This document shows positions 9,871 through 20,648 of a stretch of 64,000 nt of DNA, in pieces. The position numbers were made by a program, and so were the translations under genes. Below the pieces are notes generated by a model. That model did not search any database. It worked only from the letters and a program-made list of their open reading frames with translations, and was not told the origin of the DNA. This stretch comes from Trypanosoma brucei (taxonomy: Eukaryota), in the NCBI GenBank assembly GCA_000002445.1, contig CP000067.1, positions 96,001 through 160,000 on the forward strand, in the 5' to 3' direction. Positions within the stretch are counted from its first letter, which is position 1, and the number at the start of each line of letters is the position of its first letter.

Positions 9871-11397
9871 TTAATAACCTTTACGTCTTCGTTTACCCAT
9901 CCTCAGAGAGCGCCACACGACCTTTTCAGAATCACTATCGGAGTCCACGAAAAGATCTCCGCCGAGATGCAATTTGAGACACGTTTCCGCCTTCGCATGT
10001 GCGCATTTTAGCAGTGGCAAAGAGAATTGTAATCGACCGCAAGAATACAACGCGGTCGCGAACAACAGATCAGCGCTATTACCTATTAGCTGTTTATCGG
10101 ATACGGACGGAATATCGGCAGACGGCACCGATGCGAAGCGGAACGTATTCTTTTCTGCCTTCCACACCGTCTTGGTATTTGGATTGGATTCCAGGGTGAC
10201 GGATTCGAGAAAGAAAACATCCTCTACTTCGTGCATTTCTGAAGTGTCACTGACCGGCCCAACAGCGAGAGGCTCGGTTAGCACAAGTTGCTCCAACATT
10301 TTACTAAATTCAGCACAACGCGATGCTTTCAGGGGTCTCGAACTTCGAAGAGTTGAGACAATGCTTGTGGCAAGGGTCTCTCCACGTTGTGAAAGCAGTA
10401 AAAGCATGTGTCTGAAGGTACAGGTTCGAATCCACGATTTGGCTCCCAACGCTGGGAGCAAAGAGTACGTGCACGACACATGCGACAGAATAATGGAAAC
10501 CGCTTGCTGGATTACTGAAGATCTAAAGACAGTGCTTCGTTTACCCCAATATTCGATAATGTACTGCAATGCGCTCAATATGGTGTTATGTTTCATTTGG
10601 CAACGATATATGAAAGCAGCGGACGCTTGCTCAACAGAGGTCACACTACGTAACTCTTCCGTTGAAAGCAATAAGACTGCATTTACGGGAGGACGCTGCC
10701 GGCATATAATACGATCATCGTAGTAGGATAGCATCCCCAGCGCAAAACGATTCGCCGCCTCCTCCACAAGGTAGCGACGGTCTTGCAAAGATATTGCAGT
10801 CAGTATAGGAAAGGCCATTTCCAAATTATAGATAGTGATATATGTAGCTGAAGTGCGTGCGAGATAATAGAAAACCCACATCACGAGCTTCTTTAAGAAT
10901 AATTCCATAAACTGAGAAGTGGTACAGAGGCCGTTGCGCTCAGTTCCTGTCAGCATCTGTGCATGAAAACTCCACGAGTTGTGTACGGGTCGAAACATTT
11001 GAGTGTGGCCGCCTTCAGCACTCCCCAAGAACAACAATGCTTCAATGCGTCCGCGCTCGCGTTTTTGTGGAGCGAAAAAGGAGGTTGCGCCATCTTTATG
11101 AGTAAGTTGTATCATTTCGCTCCTCTTCTCACGCCGGAGAATGTCACCCACAACCGGAAAACAAACAGCTGGGGACCGCGTGACATCATGCGAGGACCAA
11201 TGAAGGCAATGGTTTTTCGTTTCACTCACCATTCGCCCAAAACCATGAGGCAGCTGCCCGAAGTATACCCCAGCGCGAGGTGGTGAAATAACAGGCTCGA
11301 CACCCCCACGACGCACAAGAAGTTCCGAAACATCAACAGGAGTCAAATGGGTGACTTGTGACAACACATTTTCTGTGGGTACATTTGCGCTTTTCAT
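9871..11397 (-). CDS. Hypothetical protein (508 aa).
   Basis: ATG confirmed at 11397. Long ORF on the transcribed strand; the antisense ORF 9974-10723(+) is lower-complexity. No recognisable domain. Confidence 0.5.
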   Translation of the reverse strand: MKSANVPTENVLSQVTHLTPVDVSELLVRRGGVEPVISPPRAGVYFGQLPHGFGRMVSETKNHCLHWSSHDVTRSPAVCFPVVGDILRREKRSEMIQLTHKDGATSFFAPQKRERGRIEALLFLGSAEGGHTQMFRPVHNSWSFHAQMLTGTERNGLCTTSQFMELFLKKLVMWVFYYLARTSATYITIYNLEMAFPILTAISLQDRRYLVEEAANRFALGMLSYYDDRIICRQRPPVNAVLLLSTEELRSVTSVEQASAAFIYRCQMKHNTILSALQYIIEYWGKRSTVFRSSVIQQAVSIILSHVSCTYSLLPALGAKSWIRTCTFRHMLLLLSQRGETLATSIVSTLRSSRPLKASRCAEFSKMLEQLVLTEPLAVGPVSDTSEMHEVEDVFFLESVTLESNPNTKTVWKAEKNTFRFASVPSADIPSVSDKQLIGNSADLLFATALYSCGRLQFSLPLLKCAHAKAETCLKLHLGGDLFVDSDSDSEKVVWRSLRMGKRRRKGY

Positions 11398-11995
11398 AGA
11401 TATCCCCTAATGCGAACCTGAAGCGACTATTCAAATACGCACAACAGCCATACTCATCAAAGGGTGGTGGAATCATAAAAGAAAAAAGAAAGGGGGAGGA
11501 AAAGGAGGAGGATGGGAAGACAGAAAGTTACAGCTCGCGAGTATGGGGGCTTGTTAATGCCTCAGCATATTGCACATACGCAAAGCATGTATGCAAGCAT
11601 GTACATACATATATATTGCCCATTAAACGAAAAGACACGACCTACAAAATCTAAGGGAGGTTGTTAAACCTTAAACACTGGGCGCTTATATATAAATATG
11701 TGTACATGTGCAGTAAAAATGAGGGGGTTTCGGTCGTACGGGTTCTGATATGGTTGCAGTGCAATTAACACACATCACAGTAATCAAAAATGGTCTTTTA
11801 ACCATGCCAATACGTATATATATATAAATATATATATGTGCGAAAGGAAGATGCTGTTACACCATTCAATTTCATCACCGCCTACAAACACGTCAAATGA
11901 TAACAACCATAATAACCCGAAGCCGGCACATGGTCATAGCCGACCACTCCCAGACACAAGCGAAAACGTAAACATCTGTTTATATGCATATGTGC

Positions 11996-12003
<8 letters not shown>

Positions 12004-12028
<25 letters not shown>
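12004..12028. repeat. (TA)12 microsatellite.
   Basis: gtacatatatatatatatatatatatatacaag in the intergenic region; further short (TA)n runs at 11815-11835. Confidence 0.9.
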
Positions 12029-12153
12029 CAAGAAGCAGTGATGCATATTCTCCTCCTTCTCCGCTTTTTTTTGCTTATAGTACATACGGTAACAAAGTCA
12101 TCTCAAAGCAACGCACGTGACAGAACGACCGATGCCTCAAAGCTTTCCGTCTC

Positions 12154-12996
12154 CTACCTGAAGCCAAGTTCCTTTCCAACGTTCCCCTTTTTGAGTAACA
12201 TCAAGTAGTTAAGCCGAACTTTCTGCGACTCAGCACGGGGATTACTGCGAAAGATGGGAGCGAACCGTGTGGAATCACGGAAAATTCGGTAGAGAGCAAC
12301 AAAGTCATCTTCGTCCAGCGTTCCTCGTTGATAGAGCCCTGGGGGAAAGACAAACAAGTCACCCGTCTTTGCGTGAATGCGAATCCATTTGTCCTGCTTG
12401 GAACGCACATCAATGAAGCAAGATCCATCGACCACAATGCGTATCTGCTCATCCTCGTTGTAGTGTTCCTGATACCACCGTTCCAAAAACTGTTCATCCT
12501 TACACGTCTGCGAAAGTTTTACCTCATCTGTATGTTTGTAGTTGCGCTCCTTCACAATTTGCCTGACAACAGAGAAGTCGTTCAAGCTCACATTGAAATA
12601 TATTATACCAAGTTCCTTCAACTGTTGTAATGTCGGAACTGGTGCGTCACGCTTCCGACCTTTCTTCAGACTGGCCAGGCACAACTGCGGCTTTGAAGTT
12701 ACATCGTCAAGATACCACATATCTACGAGGCCATCATTCACTACCGAGGGCGGAATGGGTGGAAGGTCTTGAATAATATCCGACCCAAGTCGGCGCCACT
12801 CCTCCTCCTGCCGTTTACGCCTCTTTTCCTCCTCTATTCTCCGTTCCTCCGCCTCACGCCGCCTGTTTTCTTCTGCCTCACGCTCTGCTGCTGCACGGCG
12901 CTCCCGCTCCTCCTTTTCCTTCTGTCGCTTCAAATCACGCTCACGAATCTCCTGCTCTTCTTTGAGTCGTTGCGCCGCATCCGTGTCGGGTTCCAT
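12154..12996 (-). CDS. Acireductone dioxygenase (ARD/ADI1, methionine salvage, cupin fold) with a 92-residue E/R/K-rich N-terminal extension.
   Basis: The C-terminal 188 aa align with human ADI1: MWYLDD vs MVQAWYMDD; QLKELGIIYF vs LRRLGVLYW; ERNYKHTDEVKL vs ERNYSWMDIITI; IRIVVDGSCFIDVRSKQDKWIRIHAKTGDLFVFPPGLYQRGT vs [42 protein letters not shown]. In-frame ATGs confirmed at 12996 and 12720 (the conserved start). The 12721-12996 segment encodes (E/R/K)n from a purine-rich run. Confidence 0.8.
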   Translation of the reverse strand: MEPDTDAAQRLKEEQEIRERDLKRQKEKEERERRAAAEREAEENRRREAEERRIEEEKRRKRQEEEWRRLGSDIIQDLPPIPPSVVNDGLVDMWYLDDVTSKPQLCLASLKKGRKRDAPVPTLQQLKELGIIYFNVSLNDFSVVRQIVKERNYKHTDEVKLSQTCKDEQFLERWYQEHYNEDEQIRIVVDGSCFIDVRSKQDKWIRIHAKTGDLFVFPPGLYQRGTLDEDDFVALYRIFRDSTRFAPIFRSNPRAESQKVRLNYLMLLKKGNVGKELGFR

Positions 12997-14515
12997 TTCT
13001 CACTTACACACGAACAAACTCTATTTTCTTTTTTTTTTAACTTTTACCTTTTCCTTTTTCTTATCTTGTCCTTCCTCCTTTTCTCACTGTGTGTGTATAT
13101 GCTTTTACAAGAATACTTGCTTTATTTGTTTAGCTATTGGCTTCGTCCGTCCTCGGAAAAGGTGTTGTGTTTTTTTTTTTTAAATCCCTGTATTCAACTC
13201 GCCCAGATCAATAATAAAGAACAAAAAAGAATATTATCTCCTTCGGTAATATATTCTTTCGTTTTGCAAGTTGCTGTAGTATTTGACTGTTTTTGTTTTT
13301 GTCGTCTTCTTTTTTTTTTTTGGCTGGTATCTTTTTTTCCTCCCTTTTTTCTTCTTTTAGGCTACTCGGTTGGTTGTGGTTCTACAAGTTGGTGGAAAAA
13401 AAAGGTGTGAAAAATGAGGGACGGTTTCACTTTGAATACGTGCTTTCAGCCATAATTAATATTTAACTTCAATTATTTGAGTTGAACATATTCTTCTGTT
13501 GTTATTATTCTTCACACCTCTTACCATCTATAACTATTGCAGTCAAGCATTCGACCTAGTGTTTAGTCACATAGTATTTTTTTCCTTTTTGTTTTGTTTA
13601 TTCTCTTAGCGTATTGATTTTTTTTTTAAAAAAAGCCTGACTTCTCCCCTTAAAGCAAGAAGGAAAAAAATAGTGACAATAATAAAAGCAACAATTCAGA
13701 CTGAGTTGTATGCAAAATACTATGACTTTTTAAATTATACGTTAATTTGTATACCCACCTGATGCATTTGTTCTCTCAGCAATGAAATTATACGACTGAC
13801 GTCTTTGGGAAAATGTAATAATAAAACGATAATACAAAGACGTATTGCGCGTGTCACAAGTAAATAATTTTTTTTGTTTTTTTACCCTCCAATTTATGCC
13901 TCTACAAGTCGTTGTATCCTCTGATTATGGTTTGTTTTTGTTTGTTTCTTTTTGTTTCTGTGGTTGTTGCATGTTGTCATTTCATACATCAGTCGTGTTT
14001 CACTAAGCGGTTACAATGCGTAGCAAGAACCACAAATGCAAAACGAAAACATATCGAAATGTACATTCAGAATTACGTGAGGATACCTTTATTTGATGTA
14101 AAACCTACCATTTTAAAAAAAAAGAGAGAGAGATTAACCAAAAAAAAAAAACAGTATGAATGACAAAAAAAAACTAACACATGCGCGCAGAGAAAGAGGA
14201 AAGCACAATCATTAACATCAAATAAAGAAATGTCACATGACTACGGCACAAGCCTGGTAAAATACAGAATTATAAGGCGAAATAAAACACAAAAAAACGT
14301 GCACGCTGAGATGCAAAACATATCTCATTTTCTATTGTGTATGTATTTAATACACGATTTCCCTTCCCCTTTCCCTCTATCCGCAACAGAAACACATGTT
14401 TTCCTCCTCTTTTTGGAGGTCGCTCATTCTACAAATACTCCCTCACCATTGGATGGACATCACAACCGGTACATCTCATTTTATTGCACCATCTTATGAT
14501 TTTGGAAATTTGTTA

Positions 14516-15736
14516 TCACAAATGAATACGAATGGATGGTAACATCCGCTTGCGACTCCTTTCGTATTCACGGGAAACCACAAAACAAATCATTGCAGCG
14601 TCGCGGTTTCCAAAAAGAGTCATCGACACATTAGCAAAATGAGTGTTGTAAACGCTGTTGTGTCGGAGTAATACAGCAGAGAGTATTCGATTCCTCACAT
14701 CTGAAACCGACGAAGACAAACGATTTGCCGCCTCCTCTAGGGAAATTTGCGAATATCGATACTTTACGCAAAAACGCTCAGCATTTGATACCATGAGATT
14801 CCAATGTAACGTACGCACAAGCAGCGCTTTCGCTTCACTTGAAGTGGTGTAATCCGCATCACTTAGTAAAACGAGGTGTATGCTCCGTCTCAAATGCTCA
14901 TCTTCAGTTAAAAGTGATTGGCCGTAATCCCTGGCAGCACGCGCGATGGCTTCCACCGTTACCCACGGAAGTTTATGGCCAGCGTTTAGTTTCATCACAA
15001 AGTCTATGAGTGCCCGTGACGTCAAGTCTCCATCATCATCAATTAAAGAAACCGCTTGCTTCAGTACATCTTCAGAGAAATCGGTGCACTGATAATCGCA
15101 ACTAAGCAACTTTTGGTGTCTTCCAGCAAGTTGAAATGCACTGCGACGCCTGCCACACTTCTCAAGTATTTTCCTCTCAAGCTGTTTCCACATCCCGGGT
15201 TCCGGGACATGTTTGTAAATGATGACATCCTCTTCATGCGAAAAGGGCTCTTGTGATGTAGCCATCGTATGGCGAAAATGCAAATAACACTGAAAGGCAC
15301 TTACTGGCTTTACCCTACTCGAGTCGTAATTAAGAGCGTCAGCAACTGTATGCCACTGTTTTGTATATGATTCCGCATTTGCTCCTAAACCGAGACAATC
15401 CGCCTGGCGCTTCAAATGTTGCACCGCACGGTGGCCCCAGCGAGGCTTTGACAACAGCGGTAAGACGTTATGCTGAAGTCTGCCAAATAGTGGAGGGGCA
15501 TAAACCATATTACAGTAATAAAATTTAAACACTATATCCTGATCTGCTCTCATTAACGGTGTCGTCCTATTTACAATTTTAGGTCTGACGCCCTCCGCCC
15601 TCAATGCACGAATGAGGGCAGCCATTGAAGCGAGCCGATGGGCGATATCATCTATTCTTTCACGAAGATGAGTTTGTAATCTCCTGTTGGCTTGCAACAA
15701 TGTTTCAAGGGCAACTAAGTCACCATCTATCACCAT
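14516..15736 (-). CDS. Myb/SANT-like domain protein (406 aa), possibly a SNAPc-type transcription factor subunit.
   Basis: ATG confirmed at 15736. Two Myb-repeat-like segments: WHTVADALNYDSSRVKPVSAFQCYLHFRH, and FSHEEDVIIYKHVPEPGMWKQLERKILEKCGRRRSAFQLAGRHQKLL (pattern F/W-S-x-EED...W...GR...QC..R). The functional assignment is inference. Confidence 0.45.
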   Translation of the reverse strand: MVIDGDLVALETLLQANRRLQTHLRERIDDIAHRLASMAALIRALRAEGVRPKIVNRTTPLMRADQDIVFKFYYCNMVYAPPLFGRLQHNVLPLLSKPRWGHRAVQHLKRQADCLGLGANAESYTKQWHTVADALNYDSSRVKPVSAFQCYLHFRHTMATSQEPFSHEEDVIIYKHVPEPGMWKQLERKILEKCGRRRSAFQLAGRHQKLLSCDYQCTDFSEDVLKQAVSLIDDDGDLTSRALIDFVMKLNAGHKLPWVTVEAIARAARDYGQSLLTEDEHLRRSIHLVLLSDADYTTSSEAKALLVRTLHWNLMVSNAERFCVKYRYSQISLEEAANRLSSSVSDVRNRILSAVLLRHNSVYNTHFANVSMTLFGNRDAAMICFVVSREYERSRKRMLPSIRIHL

Positions 15737-16861
15737 GAGCTGTAAGCATCCGCTCCACTATAATCAAACACATGAGGACGGGAAGAGGAAGAAGAGAAAA
15801 GTTGATCATATAATTAAGAAAAAATGTGTAAACGAAGATACAGTTGTTATTTATTTATTTCTGTTTTTTTTTCTTTTTGTGTGTATGTGGCATGGCGAGT
15901 GATGGCGTAATCGGTCCATGACGCTAAAGGATTGGTAAAATATATAAAAAAAGAAGGAGGAAAAACAATAAGTGGTATCAACTTGATTAAAAACAAATTT
16001 TTGATGGCAATAATATTTTGTTTTCGAAAAAAAAAAACACAGAGAAAAGGAACTCAGTGACTAATGGGGGACGGTCAAAGGTGTAAAACGGTACCCCACC
16101 TTGTGAGTTCATATAGTCACCGAAGTGCGAGTAAATTTACATACAAGTTTTGCAGAAATATATGAATACATACATCCACACGCGGATATATGTGCGTAAA
16201 TGTGTGTGCGCGCGTGGGCTTCATTCCCCCATTCTCATATCTTTCTTTTTTTTCCTTTCTTCTTTTCTCTTTTTTCTCTCCTCTCTTTTTTTTTTTTTAA
16301 TTGTCCTGTTACTTCTCTGCTGGGTGAATTTTCCCCACGGTGGTGAGTTACCCTACACTCTCGGGGAAGGTAAATACAATGATGGAAACACAACAACAAC
16401 AACATAATAATAATAATCTCTCACTTTTTACTCCTTTTCTAACTGTACACCCTCAACATTGCCGCTATATATTTCTTATTTTCCTGTTTCCCCCCTCTTA
16501 TTGGCTCCATATCAACCCACACACCCACACTCATTTCCTCTCCATTTTTGTCTGTTTGTTTGCTTTATTATTATTATTACGATTATTTTTTCTTTCTTCT
16601 GGTGGTGGGTGCGTGTATTGTCATTTGTCAATGGGTTATCGATTGTTTCGTCTCCCCTTCCCATCTCCCATTTTTTTTTAAAAACCCATTCTTTTGTTTT
16701 CTTCCCTCAAGCCCCCACACGGTAAATAAATATCAATGTATGAATATAAAAGAGAAAAAAAAAGGAATATATAATGTATATATCACTCGTGCGTGCCGAT
16801 CAGGTGCGTTAGAAAACGAAGTATCCCCTTATTTGAAGTGCGGAGTCATTACACCAACTAC

Positions 16862-17863
16862 TCACTGCTTTACCGTAGCGAAAAGAAGTTTCCCCTCAGC
16901 ACAAGAAATATACGCATTATTAGGTAAACCCTCGAATATGCTAATATTCATAAGATCATACGCCGAATCGTACGAAGCAATTAGCTGACCGGTTGAGTAC
17001 GATGTCACGAGGACTTTGCTCGGTGATGACGTAATGGTCCAAACCAGACCCGATGTTTTACAGAGGCGTGAACTGAGCGGAATCAACTCCCCTAACGCCA
17101 TGGAAAGGCGGGCCGAGTCGTCCGCCAGTTCCTGACCTGAAACGCAATCAAAAACCTGCAGTTGTTCTTTTTGGCGACGGGAGGCGACGAGTACACAATT
17201 GGTACCGGTAATTAACTCAATACCATCGGAACTCACCTGAGCACCTCTGATTTCCACACGTGCTTCATTCGCCTTTAAATCCCACACTTGCAGTGGTCCA
17301 CCCCAACCACCACTAACTGCAACGCCTTGAGAGACGAAACGTACGGAGAAAATACGACTTGTGTGGGCTAAGCGACTCACACCGCTCTCATCATGTGCCA
17401 TTTGAAGGTTGGCTTTTAGTGTACCATCCGCATCGTAAAGACGGACAGTGCGGTCACTTCCAGCCGTAATGAACATATCACACTCGGGAGAAACCGCTAA
17501 ACATGTTATTTCATTTCCCTTCTCAGGCACTCTGTTGGTTCGATGAAGCGCTGCACCATCCCATTGCCAAATAAAAACTCCCCCCGCACTTGAAACCGAA
17601 ACCAAGCGGTAAAGTCCCCCTTCAGATGATTCAAGCCATTGCACAGCTGTGCATGGCACGTTATCATATCCTTTACCTGCTGCACTGCTATCCAATGCAC
17701 TAAATGTTGAAGGATTAAATATGACAAGGGCACCATCTCCAAACACAGCGGCAAGATACGTACCGTCATGGGAAAGAGAAGATGCGTAAACCTCTTCACC
17801 CTTGTCATTAATTGTTGCAACCTTCACACGCAAGGTACTATCATTCGCATGTTCCTCCGACAT
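16862..17863 (-). CDS. WD40-repeat protein (333 aa).
   Basis: ATG confirmed at 17863. Repeated WD-like units (VSVSSAGGVFIWQWDG, ITAGSDRTVRLYD, AVSGGWGGPLQVWDL). Confidence 0.6.
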   Translation of the reverse strand: MSEEHANDSTLRVKVATINDKGEEVYASSLSHDGTYLAAVFGDGALVIFNPSTFSALDSSAAGKGYDNVPCTAVQWLESSEGGLYRLVSVSSAGGVFIWQWDGAALHRTNRVPEKGNEITCLAVSPECDMFITAGSDRTVRLYDADGTLKANLQMAHDESGVSRLAHTSRIFSVRFVSQGVAVSGGWGGPLQVWDLKANEARVEIRGAQVSSDGIELITGTNCVLVASRRQKEQLQVFDCVSGQELADDSARLSMALGELIPLSSRLCKTSGLVWTITSSPSKVLVTSYSTGQLIASYDSAYDLMNISIFEGLPNNAYISCAEGKLLFATVKQ

Positions 17864-18259
17864 TGGGGCTTTTCCTTACTTGGATGTTCTATTTTATGAC
17901 TGACTCACACGAAAAAGAAAAAAAGACACTGAAACAAGTAGTGGGGCATGCAAGAAATATATTTATATATATAATATGCACAATAATAGTAAGTAACAAA
18001 GAAATAAATTGCAGTGTCCTCCGAGTACATGATGAGGGGGGAAAAGGAAAAGAAAAGAAAATCAAGCGCCATGAGGGAAGTCGAAATGGTGATGCAGAGG
18101 AGAGTTCCTATTCCGCACCGTCCAGATATACGATAACAATTAAAAAAAAGAAAAGAACTGGTAACGCTTGTACAATGCACCTCACTATTTTTCTTTTTCT
18201 TTAAAAATGAAAAGAAAAAAAAGAAGGGTAATAGTAATGTAAAAGGGGTATTCAGCATA

Positions 18260-18610
18260 TCAAAGGGCATGGAGAATAGTTTTCTTTCCCATAGCAAAGA
18301 AACACATATGTACCACCATAATTGTAGTGTAAGTGAGAATCTCCAACAAACTCATGGGTTCAGCTCCAAAAACCCAAAAGACACAACCAATGGCCAAACA
18401 CAATAGTGATAAGGAAAAGAATGCATGGATTAAACCGACTGCAAAATATACCACAGCTATGAGAATCCACTGCCAATTTGTTCGTATAAGACGCCGACAT
18501 GCAAACAAACCCACTGCAACATAAATAACTGCTGTGGCGAGGGTTGAAAAGAGAATTAAGCGGGTCCACACGCCTGAAATGGTGGCATATTCCTTTTGTT
18601 CGTCTCGCAT
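18260..18610 (-). CDS. Small multi-pass membrane protein (116 aa, 3-4 predicted TM helices).
   Basis: ATG confirmed at 18610. Three or four ~20-residue hydrophobic segments. Correct strand and spacing within the polycistron. No family recognised. Confidence 0.4.
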   Translation of the reverse strand: MRDEQKEYATISGVWTRLILFSTLATAVIYVAVGLFACRRLIRTNWQWILIAVVYFAVGLIHAFFSLSLLCLAIGCVFWVFGAEPMSLLEILTYTTIMVVHMCFFAMGKKTILHAL

Positions 18611-18687
18611 ATATTTCCTTTGGTTAATATATGGCTAGTGCTTCATACACCCGCACAATCCTTTCAAGCGGAAGCTTCGGGAGGAGG

Positions 18688-18757
18688 CAAAAAGAAAAAA
18701 AAGAAAAAAAAGAAAAAAAGAAAAGAGAGAGAGACATAACGTGAGATAAGATAAGAT
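18688..18757. repeat. Pure-purine tract (A8G)n followed by (GATAA)3.
   Basis: gcaaaaagaaaaaaaagaaaaaaaagaaaaaaagaaaagagagagagacataacgtgagataagataagataaaag. Polypyrimidine on the transcribed strand, upstream of the small TM gene start at 18610. Confidence 0.8.
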
Positions 18758-19493
18758 AAAAGAGGAAGAACAAAAAAATCATAAAAACCAATGGAACAAA
18801 GAGAACGAATAGATGGAGAAACAGAGAAAGTACATAGAGGGGTAGGAAGGAAAGAGTAATATAAAAAGAAAAAAAATGACAACTGTAGTAAACAACATGA
18901 TCAGTGGATGAAGCGGGAATAGCATGGCATTTAAGTTGTGAAACGACATCCACACACACATACAAAAACACATATACACATTAAAAAAAAAACACACACA
19001 TCACAACGCAACAACAGTGGCCAAAATATCAGATCTTTTCTTCCCTGATCCCCAAGTCATGAAAAAACTACTGTCCAACAAATCCCAGTTATATTTTCCT
19101 TCACAACCCTCTTCTCTCAACAATCAGTTAGTTGGATGTCTTCTTTGTTACGCTTCTGTTTGTGAGAGCTCATTTATTTATTAGTATGTTTGTATTTGTT
19201 GGTTCGTTGTTTTTCTCCTTTTTGTTGTCTGTCCTCCTTATATAAATATATATATAAATTTTTTTTTTAAAGGGCAAAAAAGCAATACAGTTGGCGTGTC
19301 GAAAAAAAAAAAGGTGGGGTAGGGGGTAGAAGGAGTAATGAAAGAACAGTTAACGAAAACGTTGGCCGGAACATGACCTTCGATTCGTCCGTTCACTTAT
19401 GCACTAATAAAAGTTATATAGCGATTTAACCAACCGTTTTTTAATTTTAAAAAAAATTGTTTTCTTCTTTCATTGTTTCCTTCAATTCAACCA

Positions 19494-20648
19494 TTAGGCA
19501 TAAAGCCTTGCCACCAACAACTGACCGTTAGAGAAAACAAGGCCATTCAACTCTTGAACTATAAGCGTATGCATATTACGGTCTGCCATCCGTATCGCTG
19601 CTGCACCGTCTTCAAGAAGCTCCATGGCGCTTACATCTCCATAGCGTTGCAGTAATGATGAAAGAACAGGTTCTGACAATGAAACACCTGAAAGGTGCAC
19701 GTCTCCACTACTGGGAAATGCCTCCGTCTTAGCCTCAAATATCGTTGGCGCAGTGGTAAACATTGGCAGTGGTGGAGACGTCACGAGTGTGGGATAAATG
19801 ACGTGGGGTGAAGGCACCGCCGTTGCGGTCGGGGGCGGCGGATAAAACACGGGCACAGACGTTGGAACGCCAATCATTGGAAACGTTTGCATGGGTGGCC
19901 CCACAGGAACCTGCGGGAAGAATGGAAATGGCGACAGGCGCTGTCGGTATTTGGGAGAGTATTTTTGCCTGTTTTTATTACGCTCCTGTCGTAGTTGCCT
20001 AACTTCCGCCGTCTCAGAATATTTAACCTCCAGCTCAGAATCCAAGCCTTCGATACGAATATTCTTCTTTGCCTCAATCGCGGCTGTTGCCTCCTCAACG
20101 GACGAAAACTGAACAAAACCAGAACCTTTGCATTGCCCGAGGTGATTGGTGAGGACGGCAGCTTCTACAATGGTTCCATATGGTGCAAAACTTTGCTTGA
20201 GATGTTCTTTTGTTGTCCATTGCGCGAGTCCTCTAATGAATATGCGATCATTGGGCAAATCATCCACACCCTCGTCATGCATTGCGATAGACACATGCAG
20301 CTTCACGGGACTATTCGGTGTCGGATGTGTGAGATGCATGGCGTTAATTGCAGCATGTGCGGACTCCGGTTTTCTGAACATCACAAAAGCAAAATGTCTT
20401 TGCCGTACAAGTTTTGTGGATACAATCTCACCAAATTCCTTAAACCTTTGGTACAAGTTGTTTTCATCCCATGTTGGTGGAACACCAGCAACAAAAATGT
20501 TGGTGGAAACATGAGGCGTAACGGATGTCTGAGGGGTTGTTCCAGTGCTCGTGTCTTCGGGAGGTTCAGCTGTTACATCTACGCTTAATGTCGGTTTGTA
20601 AATTTCAGTAAAAACTTCTATTGGTTCCTCAGACGGCATACTTTCCAT
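19494..20648 (-). CDS. RNA-binding protein with two RRM domains and a P/T/V-rich linker.
   Basis: Track start at 20669 is GTG; first ATG is at 20648 (MESMPSEEP...). RNP1-like FAFVMF and GSGFVQF, RNP2-like IFVAGV and IFIRGL. C-terminal divergent RRM-like fold. Confidence 0.65.
   Translation of the reverse strand: MESMPSEEPIEVFTEIYKPTLSVDVTAEPPEDTSTGTTPQTSVTPHVSTNIFVAGVPPTWDENNLYQRFKEFGEIVSTKLVRQRHFAFVMFRKPESAHAAINAMHLTHPTPNSPVKLHVSIAMHDEGVDDLPNDRIFIRGLAQWTTKEHLKQSFAPYGTIVEAAVLTNHLGQCKGSGFVQFSSVEEATAAIEAKKNIRIEGLDSELEVKYSETAEVRQLRQERNKNRQKYSPKYRQRLSPFPFFPQVPVGPPMQTFPMIGVPTSVPVFYPPPPTATAVPSPHVIYPTLVTSPPLPMFTTAPTIFEAKTEAFPSSGDVHLSGVSLSEPVLSSLLQRYGDVSAMELLEDGAAAIRMADRNMHTLIVQELNGLVFSNGQLLVARLYA

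Noticed and set aside
10418-10440. tRNA T-arm-like motif caggttcgaatccacg
   Set aside because: It sits inside the 508-aa coding region. The flanks do not form a T stem (acagg / ccacg not complementary), or an acceptor stem or anticodon arm. No other GTTCRANYC-type motifs with cloverleaf potential were found in intergenic regions, so I call no tRNA genes.
9974-10723. 249-aa plus-strand ORF
   Set aside because: Lies entirely antisense to the 508-aa minus-strand gene in a unidirectional minus-strand polycistron. Composition is S/R/C-rich with no domain. All other plus-strand ORFs of 60-275 aa in the window are likewise antisense to better minus-strand genes or translate low-complexity spacers, e.g. 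50406-51233, 59710-60249, 60931-61584 and 31618-32183.
12769-13410. 213-aa plus-strand ORF rich in L/F/S/P
   Set aside because: A translation of the C/T-rich 1.5-kb intergenic spacer (poly-F/L/S/P from TTY/CTY/TCY/CCY codons). No real start context and the wrong strand for this transcription unit.
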